Made by a program: the position numbers and the translations under genes. From an uncultured virus (IMG/VR IMGVR_UViG_3300028844_005252) (taxonomy: Duplodnaviria; Heunggongvirae; Uroviricota; Caudoviricetes), in the IMG/VR virus record IMGVR_UViG_3300028844_005252: a stretch of DNA of 64,000 nucleotides. One strand, given 5' to 3'. The notes beneath the pieces are model-generated. The model searched no databases, was not told where the DNA came from, and saw nothing but the letters and a program-made list of their open reading frames with translations. Below are positions 18,434-28,038 of this stretch, piece by piece; within the stretch, counting starts at the first letter, position 1; every line of letters starts with the position of its first letter.

Positions 18434-18861
18434 CTTTTTAATGCATAATCTAATACAAGCAACGCATCCGCGGTAGCATTTGTAATACCTTTTAATACGG
18501 GATACATACGAATTGCATTATCTTTTAAAATCCTTTTCCTCTGGGCATAACTTAATTTAGGACGAAGCCCTGGCAAACCCTTCTGCCATTTCTTGGGAGA
18601 GACTAACTCCACTGGAAATGCAAAAGCTCGGCAAGCCCCCATTATAAAGCCAAAGTTATAGCCCAACTTAAATGAGGAAGCATTACTAGTGGCCGCTGAT
18701 ACAAAGGCCGGGACATCCTCGACAAATATACGAGTCTTGCGGTCAAAATTTTCTATGATTTTCAGATAATCAGATTCTGTCTTGAAGCTGTGCAAAAAAT
18801 ATTCCTCACCATCAAAGTAAGCAACACCACCACCTTTGCCGGGATCAAATGCTGCAATCAT
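18430..18861 (-). CDS. RuvC-like Holliday junction resolvase
   Basis: AFDPGKGG, FVED, SFKLG, VSPKKWQ, ADALL. Confidence 0.85.
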   Translation of the reverse strand: MIAAFDPGKGGGVAYFDGEEYFLHSFKTESDYLKIIENFDRKTRIFVEDVPAFVSAATSNASSFKLGYNFGFIMGACRAFAFPVELVSPKKWQKGLPGLRPKLSYAQRKRILKDNAIRMYPVLKGITNATADALLVLDYALKS

Positions 18862-19040
18862 TTACCTATGACCTCTAATTGAAGCTCAAGTTTTTTACTG
18901 CGCTCCCGTCGCTCCAACTCCTTGCGGATAGCCTCTCTAGCTATCTGAGAACGGGTTGTACCCGCTTCCTCCGCTTCTTTAGTAAGCTTTTCGTCGGTGT
19001 TGTCGTCCAACCGTATATTGAGTTGTGTTACCCATCTCAT
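18858..19040 (-). CDS. Ribbon-helix-helix (CopG/Arc-like) regulator
   Basis: LNIRLD...LTKEA...TRSQIAREAI. Confidence 0.8.
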   Translation of the reverse strand: MRWVTQLNIRLDDNTDEKLTKEAEEAGTTRSQIAREAIRKELERRERSKKLELQLEVIGK

Positions 19041-19179
19041 AAGAGCACAGTATCACTGGTCGTTGGTCGAAGGGCAAAGAAAAGTTTATGAAATACTATA
19101 TTTTGTATATCAATTGTTGACAATTCGTATAAGAACGATTAGGGATGGATTACAAAACTCGTAAAAAGTACATAAAAAC

Positions 19180-19470
19180 ATGAAAAGAAAACAAAATAAC
19201 GATCCTAATGCAGCTAAGGATATAACATGCGCAGTTAGGTTCAACAGTAGTATGTACACTAGTCTTAAGACGACGGCCGCTGATATGAACTTATCATTAT
19301 CAGATGTAATCAGACAGGCGTTAGTAGACTACATGGAAAAACATAGCAAATCTGTATTAGAGAAAAAACTCGAGCAGATTGAATTAAGAAAAAAAGTAAC
19401 AGCGGCAACGGCAAACGAAGACCAGAGCCTCAGGGACACACTCCTCGAGCTGTTAAATAAAGCAGGTTAG
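19180..19470 (+). CDS. Ribbon-helix-helix regulator, divergent (candidate repressor)
   Basis: CAVRF...LKTTA...SLSDVIRQAL. TTGACA upstream near 19116. Confidence 0.75.
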   Translation: MKRKQNNDPNAAKDITCAVRFNSSMYTSLKTTAADMNLSLSDVIRQALVDYMEKHSKSVLEKKLEQIELRKKVTAATANEDQSLRDTLLELLNKAG

Positions 19471-19544
19471 CAGTAGAATAAGTCAGAAAGGTGGCTTGGC
19501 GGCTTAACCGACAACCTGTCGGAGGCAATTTCTTTGTATTTTGC

Positions 19545-19770
19545 CAAAATATGGTTTAAAACAAGGGCTTTATGGTTTATTGCAATAAAAACCATATTTC
19601 ATAAGTCGTTGATATTTCGATTATTTCTATTCCTTCTTATTGTTTTATTATTATTATATATATATAGTTAGTATAAGATAAGAAAGAAAGAAAAAGAAGG
19701 GAGGGTAGAAAGAAGATAAGAGAGATATACTCTATGGTTCCTATGGTTTCAAATAAAACCATAAACCCGA
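19545..19770. other. Candidate replication origin
   Basis: Direct and inverted TATGGTT repeats flank an AT/TA run with a pyrimidine-to-purine switch. An IHF-consensus match (TATCAACGACTTA, minus strand) lies near 19602-19614. Confidence 0.5.
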
Positions 19771-19890
19771 TGTGGTGCGCTGGAATTAACGCTTTTCCCG
19801 TTTAAAACTTATGTCCTTAAAAACTACTTTTATCGACATATACGAACTCACTTGTCGATAGCGTCGACACAAAGGGGTGTCGTGTTGGGG

Positions 19891-20163
19891 TTAACGCTTT
19901 TTCCGCTTAAAACTTCTGTTCTTAGATTTGCTAACTGCCCTTAAGTTCGATCTTCTATTATCAGCCGTATTCCGGTTTTTGTGATCGACATCCTTACCGT
20001 CGCCTTTCCGTACAGCACCTGCTTTTGTCATTTTGCGCCTAGCGGCGTTTCTTTGGGCCCTTCTCTTCTTTTGCTTAGGCTTCTTATGGTACTTGTCGTA
20101 CTCGCTCCTATAGTTCCTTTTAGCGGGCTTCCTGGGCTTCGGTGCTTTTTTTCTTACTGGCAT
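19891..20163 (-). CDS. Small basic HNH-like protein
   Basis: RNYRSEY...KGDGKDVDH...N...NLR...NR. Confidence 0.75.
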   Translation of the reverse strand: MPVRKKAPKPRKPAKRNYRSEYDKYHKKPKQKKRRAQRNAARRKMTKAGAVRKGDGKDVDHKNRNTADNRRSNLRAVSKSKNRSFKRKKR

Positions 20164-20208
20164 AATCGTATTTTAGTTAAATAGGTACCGAAATTCTACC
20201 GTTTGCAT

Positions 20209-20243
20209 TGGCTAGGGCTTATCATTTGGCTAGCTACTATCAT
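20209..20243 (+). repeat. TGGCTAG-N4-TATCAT motif, tandem pair (also 27979-27995, 28887-28903)
   Basis: Four intergenic copies in the same orientation. Confidence 0.75.
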
Positions 20244-20392
20244 TTAAAGCGGGTATGTCTTACATCCGTAATACAAAGTGTAGCACATCCGTAACACAAA
20301 TCAAAAAGAAATTATAATGTATAACATAATAATACTTTACAAGTACGAGTAAGCGCGCAATACCTATTTGTATAACTTGTGGAAACGCCCTC

Positions 20393-20446
20393 AAGTTCCG
20401 TTAATGGATCGTTTGTGGCGGTAGGTGGTGGTTCTCCTTCCCCGTT
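20393..20446 (+). promoter_or_regulatory. Early-region motif GTTCCG-N3-ATGGATCG-N-TTGTG plus G-rich hairpin, copy 1
   Basis: 19 bp identical to 28365-28383; third copy at 29032. Each precedes a predicted transcription unit. Confidence 0.65.
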
Positions 20447-20468
20447 TTAACTATTAACAAATTCAAAA

Positions 20469-20657
20469 ATGCTAGACTACTTAATCTTCCTTCCTTGGCT
20501 AATCCTCTTCATCGCCATGACGATTAGCTTCTTCAAAACACCCAACACTAATGCGCACTACTCAACAAAATATCCAACAGGTAAATCTAAACATAACCGA
20601 TCTACAAGCACAGGTATTAATAGCTCAATCACGACCCGTGAACTTAGACCATATTAA
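20469..20657 (+). CDS. Small membrane protein
   Basis: Hydrophobic N-terminal helix; first ORF after motif copy 1; overlaps 20551..20736. Confidence 0.35.
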   Translation: MLDYLIFLPWLILFIAMTISFFKTPNTNAHYSTKYPTGKSKHNRSTSTGINSSITTRELRPY

Positions 20658-20736
20658 ATATCTAAAAAATAAACTCTTAGTGCTCTACGAAATTATAAAC
20701 AACATAGAACAAAAACATCACTACGAAAGGAACTAA
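20551..20736 (+). CDS. Hypothetical protein
   Basis: TAATG-coupled to the glycosylase-like gene. Confidence 0.45.
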   Translation: MRTTQQNIQQVNLNITDLQAQVLIAQSRPVNLDHIKYLKNKLLVLYEIINNIEQKHHYERN

Positions 20737-21302
20737 TGCAGATCGATTATAATAATATAACTAATTATCAACGCAGTGTCACCGAACTAACAGGATTTCT
20801 CCTATGGTGTACAGTAACACCAGGGAAAAGATCAGATGTTATTACTCCTAAATTTAACAACATCCTAGATCAACACGACCCAACCAAACTAGTTAAAGCT
20901 CACGGTAAAACAGTACGCACAGCTTTAGAAAAACAAGGTATTGGTCAATACGATCGAATCATGAAATGTTGGAAACAAATTGGTCAAAACATTAAACCAC
21001 TTGGTAAACTAAAAAGTATTACACGAGAAGAATTACTAGCAATAGATGGCATAGGCCCAAAAACAGCATCCTTCTTCATCGTACATTCTAGACCGTGGAG
21101 TGAATTAGCTGTCCTCGATGTTCATATATTACACTACTTACAAGAACAGTATCCTAAATACCCCGTATCCCGTGGCACACCTCAAGAACTAGACGAGTAT
21201 AAAAGACTCGAACAAATGTTCTTAGGTATAGCTGCATCTCAAAACAAAACACCTGCTGATCTCGATCTAGAGATATGGCGTCAACGCTCACTATCATCAT
21301 GA
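20736..21302 (+). CDS. HhH-GPD DNA glycosylase-like protein (Ogg2-like)
   Basis: REELLAIDGIGPKTASFF...AVLDVHIL...Y...E...DLEIW. Confidence 0.8.
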   Translation: MQIDYNNITNYQRSVTELTGFLLWCTVTPGKRSDVITPKFNNILDQHDPTKLVKAHGKTVRTALEKQGIGQYDRIMKCWKQIGQNIKPLGKLKSITREELLAIDGIGPKTASFFIVHSRPWSELAVLDVHILHYLQEQYPKYPVSRGTPQELDEYKRLEQMFLGIAASQNKTPADLDLEIWRQRSLSS

Positions 21303-21466
21303 AAATCAAAAGAAAACCTCAGCGTAGAGATTCATCAAACAACTTAATTGATGAACCTGAAACTAATAACCCATTAACGCGATTCTACAGACCTAAACAA
21401 ACATGGTCAGGTGGATCAATTAAAAACGGAGGCCATTGGCTTAAAGACGGCAAACCAACAAAATAA
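21299..21466 (+). CDS. Hypothetical basic protein
   Basis: ATGA-coupled start MKIKRK. Confidence 0.45.
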   Translation: MKIKRKPQRRDSSNNLIDEPETNNPLTRFYRPKQTWSGGSIKNGGHWLKDGKPTK

Positions 21467-21521
21467 ACCATAACAAATACGCATTCAAGTAAACATTCTA
21501 AAGGTAGTAAAGGAAAAAAAA

Positions 21522-21872
21522 ATGACATTAACAATAAGTAGAACAAAATTAGAAAATCTAATCAAAAATCTAGGCGGGAAGATCTTCAATGTCTGTTGGG
21601 TAAAAAAAACAGGCGAAGTTAGATGTGCTAATGTGCGACAAGCAGTAAAAAGTAAAAGAAAAGGTACAGGCAAAGGCATCGCAAATGCATCTAATTCTTA
21701 TCTAACCGTCTACTTAATGTGGAATATGAAAGGTAACACTTTCATTGGAGAAAAAGGTTACCGAGTAATAAACCTAGACACTATCAAATACATAAGTGTA
21801 CACGGACACCATTGTAAAATTACACCAGAACCAATTGTTGAATTCCATGACACAACAGCAACAGCTGCCTAA
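21522..21872 (+). CDS. Conserved phage protein, SH3-like
   Basis: IFNVCWVKKTGEVR...GYRVINLDTI pattern typical of phage early proteins. Confidence 0.6.
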   Translation: MTLTISRTKLENLIKNLGGKIFNVCWVKKTGEVRCANVRQAVKSKRKGTGKGIANASNSYLTVYLMWNMKGNTFIGEKGYRVINLDTIKYISVHGHHCKITPEPIVEFHDTTATAA

Positions 21873-22080
21873 ACCAAAAGGCTCTAAACGATTCTTTTAC
21901 CACTATAACAAAATTAAAAAATGTTTAACAATACACTTCAACGATGCATGTTATTATACCCAAGACATTCTTTGTTTAGTGCCAACAGAATCTCATTCAC
22001 AAAAACAACAACCACGCAAAATTGTGCGAGGTTGGTATAACAAAATAGAACATTCAAATACATTAACAAAAATATTATGA
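21847..22080 (+). CDS. Hypothetical phage protein
   Basis: RFFYHYNK...TIHF...C...QPR...RG; ATG at 21847. Confidence 0.55.
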   Translation: MTQQQQLPKPKGSKRFFYHYNKIKKCLTIHFNDACYYTQDILCLVPTESHSQKQQPRKIVRGWYNKIEHSNTLTKIL

Positions 22081-22922
22081 ACGGATTATACTTACACTGC
22101 GGATCATCTCCCGTCGACTACAACGCTATTCAAAACTCAAGAACGCCTGCTCCAACAAGTACTCACCAACCTATTGATCACGATTACTTCATCAATCAAG
22201 TAAGTACTTCATTAACTGCACATGGTTTAACCATCGATGATCAAAATTATGGGTTATCACACGATGACAATCGAATGTTTAGTTTAATGAGTATCTCAAA
22301 AGAAGGCGAACAACCAAACGGCACATTCAAAAATGTTCTAGGTATTCGTAATGCTCATGACAAAGCCTTCAGTGCCGGACTCGTATGCGGATCTAGCGTA
22401 TTCGTATGTGACAACCTAGCATTCAGCGGAGAAATTACAATGAGCCGTAAACATACTGCTCACATCCTGCGTGATCTACCCGACCTTGTCTACGATATGG
22501 TAAGTAGAGTTATCGAAGGATGGACAAGACAAGAAGAAAGATATGACGGCTACAGCAATACATCTCTAAACCAATCAAGAGTAGATGAGATATTCGGCTC
22601 AGCTCTACGCAACAAAGCAATACCCGCAAGCAAACACGATCGAGTGCGTCAAGAATGGGATGAACCCAAACATGACGAATTCAAACCTCGTAATGCATGG
22701 TCACTATTCAACTCCTTCACCGAAGTAATGAAAAGCTCACCTAACCAACTACCCAAGCGTAGTATAACACTTCACCGTGTATTCGATGAGTTCTGCGATG
22801 TTAAAATGACACTACCTAACAACTTAAATCTAGACTACGATGGTGACACCTTAGACGAAAATTTAACAGCAGAAGATGTGCTTCAAGCTCAACAACAAAA
22901 CACAGGTTTCTACTTAACCTAA
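22077..22922 (+). CDS. DUF932-like protein
   Basis: THQPIDH, GIRNAHD, VFVCDNLAF, RKHT, NAWSLFNSFTE. Confidence 0.8.
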   Translation: MNGLYLHCGSSPVDYNAIQNSRTPAPTSTHQPIDHDYFINQVSTSLTAHGLTIDDQNYGLSHDDNRMFSLMSISKEGEQPNGTFKNVLGIRNAHDKAFSAGLVCGSSVFVCDNLAFSGEITMSRKHTAHILRDLPDLVYDMVSRVIEGWTRQEERYDGYSNTSLNQSRVDEIFGSALRNKAIPASKHDRVRQEWDEPKHDEFKPRNAWSLFNSFTEVMKSSPNQLPKRSITLHRVFDEFCDVKMTLPNNLNLDYDGDTLDENLTAEDVLQAQQQNTGFYLT

Positions 22923-23070
22923 GTGGTTAGTACCTATTGTAAAAAATGCAAAAAGAGAAAGCAATCACCAGTATGTTCACACTGTGCGTGGTACGAATAC
23001 TACGACTCAGTAAACCTACAGTATTATCTCAAATTACCATCAACAAAAACCCAACTCAATCAATTAGCTA

Positions 23071-23838
23071 ATGCAAAAAACCATAACATGGTCACAAGGA
23101 AACATAAAGCTACCTGATCGTGTAATCCACATGAGCCTGCCGTCAGGGTATACATGCCCTACGGCGCTCAAGTGTCTAGCCAAAGCAAATAAAAATACAG
23201 GTAAAATAACTGACGGTGTCAGCCAAGAATACCGATGCTATTCAGCAATGCAAGAAGCTAGGCATAAAGGATTACGCAATCAAAGGTGGAATAACCTCAT
23301 CGCTCTAAAAAAACTAGATCGACACGGTATGTTTCTACTACTCAAGCGTACGCTTAAAAATATCCACGATAACTATATAATCAATCACGATCAACGTCCT
23401 ATTGTTAGAGCTCATGTAGGTGGTGACTTCTTCAATGAAGATTACTTCCGAGCATGGTTAAAACTAGCAACAGAATTCGAACCAACACAGTTCTATTCAT
23501 ACACAAAACGAACAGACTTATGGGTAGAAAATCTGCATAGAATACCAAACAACTTCGAGTTAAATGCTAGCAGAGGTGGTAAGCGTGACGACTTAATAGA
23601 TAAGTTCAAACTAAAATGTGCAGAAGTAGTACTAAGCTACGAAGAAGCAAAAAACAAAAACCTTAAACTAGATAAAGATGACTCACTCGCATACACACCA
23701 GGACCAAACTTCGCTCAACTTATCCATGGATGCCAAAAAGCAGGATCCAAAGCAAGTAAAGCCCTCTCAAACCTCAAAAAAACACACAATTGGACGGGGT
23801 ATAATTCAGGTACCAAGGCATTGCAAAAAGCGTATTGA
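23071..23838 (+). CDS. Gp88-like protein (Cys cluster, radical-SAM-like fold)
   Basis: SLPSGYTCP...C...CY, VRAHVGGDFF, FYSYTK. Confidence 0.75.
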   Translation: MQKTITWSQGNIKLPDRVIHMSLPSGYTCPTALKCLAKANKNTGKITDGVSQEYRCYSAMQEARHKGLRNQRWNNLIALKKLDRHGMFLLLKRTLKNIHDNYIINHDQRPIVRAHVGGDFFNEDYFRAWLKLATEFEPTQFYSYTKRTDLWVENLHRIPNNFELNASRGGKRDDLIDKFKLKCAEVVLSYEEAKNKNLKLDKDDSLAYTPGPNFAQLIHGCQKAGSKASKALSNLKKTHNWTGYNSGTKALQKAY

Positions 23839-24505
23839 AAAGTTCTTTCACTCGCTAAGCGACGACCCCGACAAACTATTAGATTACTACAACGATTGGA
23901 ATAACAAAATCAAACCTCAATCAGAACAAGGTAGGCTAAATAGATGGCGATTCGCATTCTGCACAGTGCACACACCTTGGTTGTATAGCTGCTTACAATA
24001 TCAAGACATTGAAAACATGCACGAGTGGACTGATTACGACTCACTCGAAACAAACCTATCAAAGTCATCAGGCGGTATGTATAAAATCAAAGCCGAAGGT
24101 ATAGACAACCTTCACAAACTTTGGTCACAATCCGAACTGTTCGATCTGCAAGCACTATCATCTAGATCCGATTGGCGTAAACAACGAAACAAACTAACTA
24201 AAAAACTAAATAAACTTGGCCTAGCAAAAACTAGCTTCGCAATAGAAATGCTCGAGCCAATTAACTGTCAAGTCATCTGTATAGATCGCCACATGTTCAA
24301 AGCATTTGGATGGGAAAATGTAGACGACTCATCAACACACAAACAATACGAGTATTTTGAAGACTATTGGTTAGACCTATCCGAAGAATACAAAGTACCA
24401 CCCGCTATCTCAAGAAATCTATTTTGGGATATCATTCAAGAAAAACCAAACTCCATGTATTGGGGCAAATACCTAAAAGAATATGTATATACCACACGCA
24501 ATTGA
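23726..24505 (+). CDS. Second HhH-GPD glycosylase-like protein (start uncertain)
   Basis: RWRFAFCTVHTPW, LGLAKTSFAIEM...CIDRHM...YE...W. Confidence 0.7.
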   Translation: MDAKKQDPKQVKPSQTSKKHTIGRGIIQVPRHCKKRIEKFFHSLSDDPDKLLDYYNDWNNKIKPQSEQGRLNRWRFAFCTVHTPWLYSCLQYQDIENMHEWTDYDSLETNLSKSSGGMYKIKAEGIDNLHKLWSQSELFDLQALSSRSDWRKQRNKLTKKLNKLGLAKTSFAIEMLEPINCQVICIDRHMFKAFGWENVDDSSTHKQYEYFEDYWLDLSEEYKVPPAISRNLFWDIIQEKPNSMYWGKYLKEYVYTTRN

Positions 24506-25460
24506 CGAACATAATATAACCGTAGTTGTCGACAATGAAACTCACATCATTCCTCGATCAGCTCTTAACTATAACGCCATCAAAGATGCTTTAAACTCAG
24601 GTGATCACTCATCTATTTCTAGCTTACTTGATACAAAAGCAGCACTCGAAACACAAACCGAAGGTAAAGTATCATGCAACGGTGACTCAGTAACTTACAA
24701 TGGTCAAGTCATTGAAAACTCAGCAACTCAAAAACTACTTAACTTAGTAGCAGACGGTTACTCAGATATGACACCATGGCTTAAGTTCATTGATAAACTT
24801 ATGCGCAACCCATCATTCTCCAGTAGAGAACAAGCGTATAAATTCCTTGAACACAAAGGTATGCCATTAACAGCAGATGGTAATGTACTAGGTTACAAAG
24901 GTGTACGCGAAGACTACAAAGATAAATGGTCAGGTAAATTCAGTAACCATGTTGGTGCAGAACTATCAATGGAAAGAACTCAAGTTGATGACAACATCAA
25001 CCACGGTTGTTCAGCAGGATTTCATGTAGGCTCACATGAATATGCAGACAGTTGGGCATCATCAAATGGTAAGCTCATGCTTGTCGAGTTCTCACCTGAA
25101 GACATCGTAAGTGTACCACATGACTGTCAATACGCTAAACTTCGTGTATGCAGATACCGTGTAGTATCCGAATGTTTTGACCGTAAAATTCTTGATGACT
25201 CAGGCGTATACGGAAATCAAACAAATGAAAACACAGCAGAGATTGTGCGTGAAGTAATAAGCACATGTAATCTAGGCGGTTCATTCAAAGATCTCCAACG
25301 CAAATACCCAAGCAAAACCGTCAATCAATTCATTGATGCTTTCGAAGCTGAAAATATGAATGCACCAAAATTCATATACGACAGCGATCTCAATGACCTA
25401 AGAATATTCTTAGATGAAGGAGAACCCTTAGAAGAAGAGTACGAATACCTCTACAACTAA
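24483..25460 (+). CDS. rIIB-like protein
   Basis: NPS...YKFL...TADG...YKGV, MERTQVDD...CSAGFHVG, PEDIVSVP...KLRVCRY. Confidence 0.85.
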   Translation: MYIPHAIDEHNITVVVDNETHIIPRSALNYNAIKDALNSGDHSSISSLLDTKAALETQTEGKVSCNGDSVTYNGQVIENSATQKLLNLVADGYSDMTPWLKFIDKLMRNPSFSSREQAYKFLEHKGMPLTADGNVLGYKGVREDYKDKWSGKFSNHVGAELSMERTQVDDNINHGCSAGFHVGSHEYADSWASSNGKLMLVEFSPEDIVSVPHDCQYAKLRVCRYRVVSECFDRKILDDSGVYGNQTNENTAEIVREVISTCNLGGSFKDLQRKYPSKTVNQFIDAFEAENMNAPKFIYDSDLNDLRIFLDEGEPLEEEYEYLYN

Positions 25461-25468
25461 CAACAACA

Positions 25469-25495
25469 AGACCCGAGCATGTCTATAAACTGCTC
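25469..25495 (+). ncRNA. H-type pseudoknot motif, copy 1
   Basis: S1 AGAC/GTCT, L1 CC, S2 GAGCA/TGCTC, L3 ATAAAC. Confidence 0.7.
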
Positions 25496-25521
25496 ACCCA
25501 CCCATATACATTAATTAAATT

Positions 25522-27600
25522 ATGAAACTTGATACAGTAAATATAAACACCACTTCAACAATACCAGCAGAAGCAGACTTTGGCATGAACAAAGAAGACA
25601 TGCCTCACATAACTAATCTTCTGCGTAAACAAATCTATTCAGATAAACTTCTAGCAATACTTCGTGAGTATTCAACTAATGCTTATGATGCACATGCAGA
25701 CAAAGGTATCACACAAGTACCGATCGAAATCACACTACCAACTCTAACCGATCAAAACTTAAAAATCAGAGACTTCGGTGACGGCTTAACCGAAGAAGAG
25801 ATCATGAGTATCTACATCAAATACGGTGCATCTACAAAGCGTAACTCAAACGCAGTAACAGGTTGTTTAGGTATTGGTTGTAAATCTGCATTCGCATACT
25901 CAACTCAATTCAAAATAACATCATACAAAGACCATCAATGTAATACATTCTTAGCACGCATTGATGAAAATAATATCGGTACTATATCCAAAGTCTCCAA
26001 TAAAACCTCAGACCAATCAAACGGTGTAGAAGTATCAATACCAATCAATGCTAGCGACCATACAGAACTAACTAACAACACACATATAGAAAAAGTAACT
26101 TACCACAAACAAACAGACGATTGGGGTATTGTAGATACAAATAAAACAGTAACCGAATTATTCAACTATTCAGCAACCGTATTCATGGGTAATATTCCTT
26201 ATCCCGTTAATCTCTCAACGCTTGCTATAAATGATGACTCAATTAAATCCGTACTATCATGCAAATCACTAGTTATCTTTGCACCACTAGGTTCATTAGA
26301 TATATCAGCATCTCGTGAAGCATTAGAATATACAAACAAAACTAAGAACGCACTCACTGCTATTGCTAAAAATTGTCTATCCGACCTATGTTTAAATATT
26401 AATAAAGCAGTCAATGCAGAAACAACAGCAATCAAAGCAGCACATGTAGCACAAAAATTAAAAAGCGAACTTAGTTATGAAATAAGTAGAATCGTATCAC
26501 ATGGATTAACTTGGAAAGGAAACAAACTCCTATACCAAATACAATTCCCAACAGATATACCGTTCCACTTCAGAAAACACAGATGGAGAGCAGATGATCA
26601 TGTCAACAGTAAAGAAGATTCAAAATACGCAGCCATAACAGAAAACTCTTACTTCTGTGTGTACAGTGATGACTTAAGTCAAGTAACAAGAAGAATCAGA
26701 TCCGTGCAAGCTAAAAACGGTTGGAATAACGGACATAAGTACTATGCAATACCAACGCATCTAATGTCATCATGCTCACCTCCATTAATGAGTAATGATG
26801 TAATCGATCTTGATGAAATAGAACCAATGAAAGCAAACCGATCAACAGTAAGTGCAGACGGTAGTTCTAAAAAAACAGTTAAGATCTCAGTATGTGAAAT
26901 TAAACATAACACAATGAAATCAGGTAGAGTATCAGATAATGTAGAACCATTAGCTGATGAAAATGGTAACTTCATATATGTACCATTAGACAGATACGAT
27001 TGGATTGGAGGAGGCACTAATGTCGAAGATCCGTTAGCAAGAATAGGTTCAATTAAAAAAGCTATTCAAATACTAAATAAGATAATAAAAAATCAAATGT
27101 CATGCCCAATCATACATGGTGTAAAAAAACATTATCTTAATAAAATAAAAGATAACACAAATTGGGTTACTTTAGATGTGTATCTCAAAGCCTTGTTCAA
27201 ACAAGCAGAGAAAAAAACACCTAAACTATTCAAAGCATCAGACTTATGTATGTCAGATTCTAGTTATCTATTACCAGAGTCCAGGTCACTAATGAGTGCA
27301 TATGAAAACTCTAATTCTAAAGTGTTAAGACAAATAGCATACGCTCACAATCACGACAGCGGTAGCTTCCAAGAAGAACAAAATACAATCGTCGATATAG
27401 ATTGGACTGAAAGCATGTTAAAAAATGTAAACTATGTAACAGAAATATTCACATGGTTAGGCTATAAAAAAGAGTCAAAAGCTCTTGCAATTATAGAAGA
27501 AAAACTAATCAAAAAATATCCACTATTACGATTCCTATCTAGCTCATACCACAACACTGCCGACCTAACTCAAGCGTTAAACAAATACATCAAATCCTAA
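25522..27600 (+). CDS. rIIA-like protein (GHKL/HSP90-like ATPase N-terminus)
   Basis: IYSDK...REYSTNAYDAH, IRDFGDGL, YGASTK, GCLGIGCKSAFAY, SASREALEY. Confidence 0.85.
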   Translation: MKLDTVNINTTSTIPAEADFGMNKEDMPHITNLLRKQIYSDKLLAILREYSTNAYDAHADKGITQVPIEITLPTLTDQNLKIRDFGDGLTEEEIMSIYIKYGASTKRNSNAVTGCLGIGCKSAFAYSTQFKITSYKDHQCNTFLARIDENNIGTISKVSNKTSDQSNGVEVSIPINASDHTELTNNTHIEKVTYHKQTDDWGIVDTNKTVTELFNYSATVFMGNIPYPVNLSTLAINDDSIKSVLSCKSLVIFAPLGSLDISASREALEYTNKTKNALTAIAKNCLSDLCLNINKAVNAETTAIKAAHVAQKLKSELSYEISRIVSHGLTWKGNKLLYQIQFPTDIPFHFRKHRWRADDHVNSKEDSKYAAITENSYFCVYSDDLSQVTRRIRSVQAKNGWNNGHKYYAIPTHLMSSCSPPLMSNDVIDLDEIEPMKANRSTVSADGSSKKTVKISVCEIKHNTMKSGRVSDNVEPLADENGNFIYVPLDRYDWIGGGTNVEDPLARIGSIKKAIQILNKIIKNQMSCPIIHGVKKHYLNKIKDNTNWVTLDVYLKALFKQAEKKTPKLFKASDLCMSDSSYLLPESRSLMSAYENSNSKVLRQIAYAHNHDSGSFQEEQNTIVDIDWTESMLKNVNYVTEIFTWLGYKKESKALAIIEEKLIKKYPLLRFLSSSYHNTADLTQALNKYIKS

Positions 27601-27601
27601 T

Positions 27602-27934
27602 ATGATTCCTGCAAAGCAACTACCACTACCTGTAGTATTCCTAAACAACAAAACATTGAATAAACACATTGTTGAAGGTAACGGATACGAAGTAATACCA
27701 GCATCAACGCAAAAAGGTAAACTACCTGAAAATACCATAGCAGTATGGAAAGATTCCTATAATACAACCACTAGATTCGTACAAGATCGCTACAGATATG
27801 TAGAGTTTCAAAAACCTAGCGGATACGACCAAATCTATATATCCGGAACAATAGCAGATATAGACAATATGAATGCGTTCATGGATACATACAACCAACT
27901 GCATCGATACATAAATAACATATACATTAAGTAA
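27602..27934 (+). CDS. Hypothetical protein
   Basis: Starts 1 nt after the rIIA-like stop; same codon bias. Confidence 0.55.
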   Translation: MIPAKQLPLPVVFLNNKTLNKHIVEGNGYEVIPASTQKGKLPENTIAVWKDSYNTTTRFVQDRYRYVEFQKPSGYDQIYISGTIADIDNMNAFMDTYNQLHRYINNIYIK

Positions 27935-27940
27935 CAGGGT

Positions 27941-27971
27941 AGAGCCTGAGCACGCTCTTTAAAAACTGCTC
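27941..27971 (+). ncRNA. H-type pseudoknot motif, copy 2
   Basis: S1 AGAGC/GCTCT, L1 CT, S2 GAGCA/TGCTC, L3 TTAAAAAC. Confidence 0.7.
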
Positions 27972-28038
27972 ACCCCTTTGGCTAGCAACTATCATCATGT
28001 CACGAGTTCTCGTGGCGTAACCACTCGCACTCTCAATT

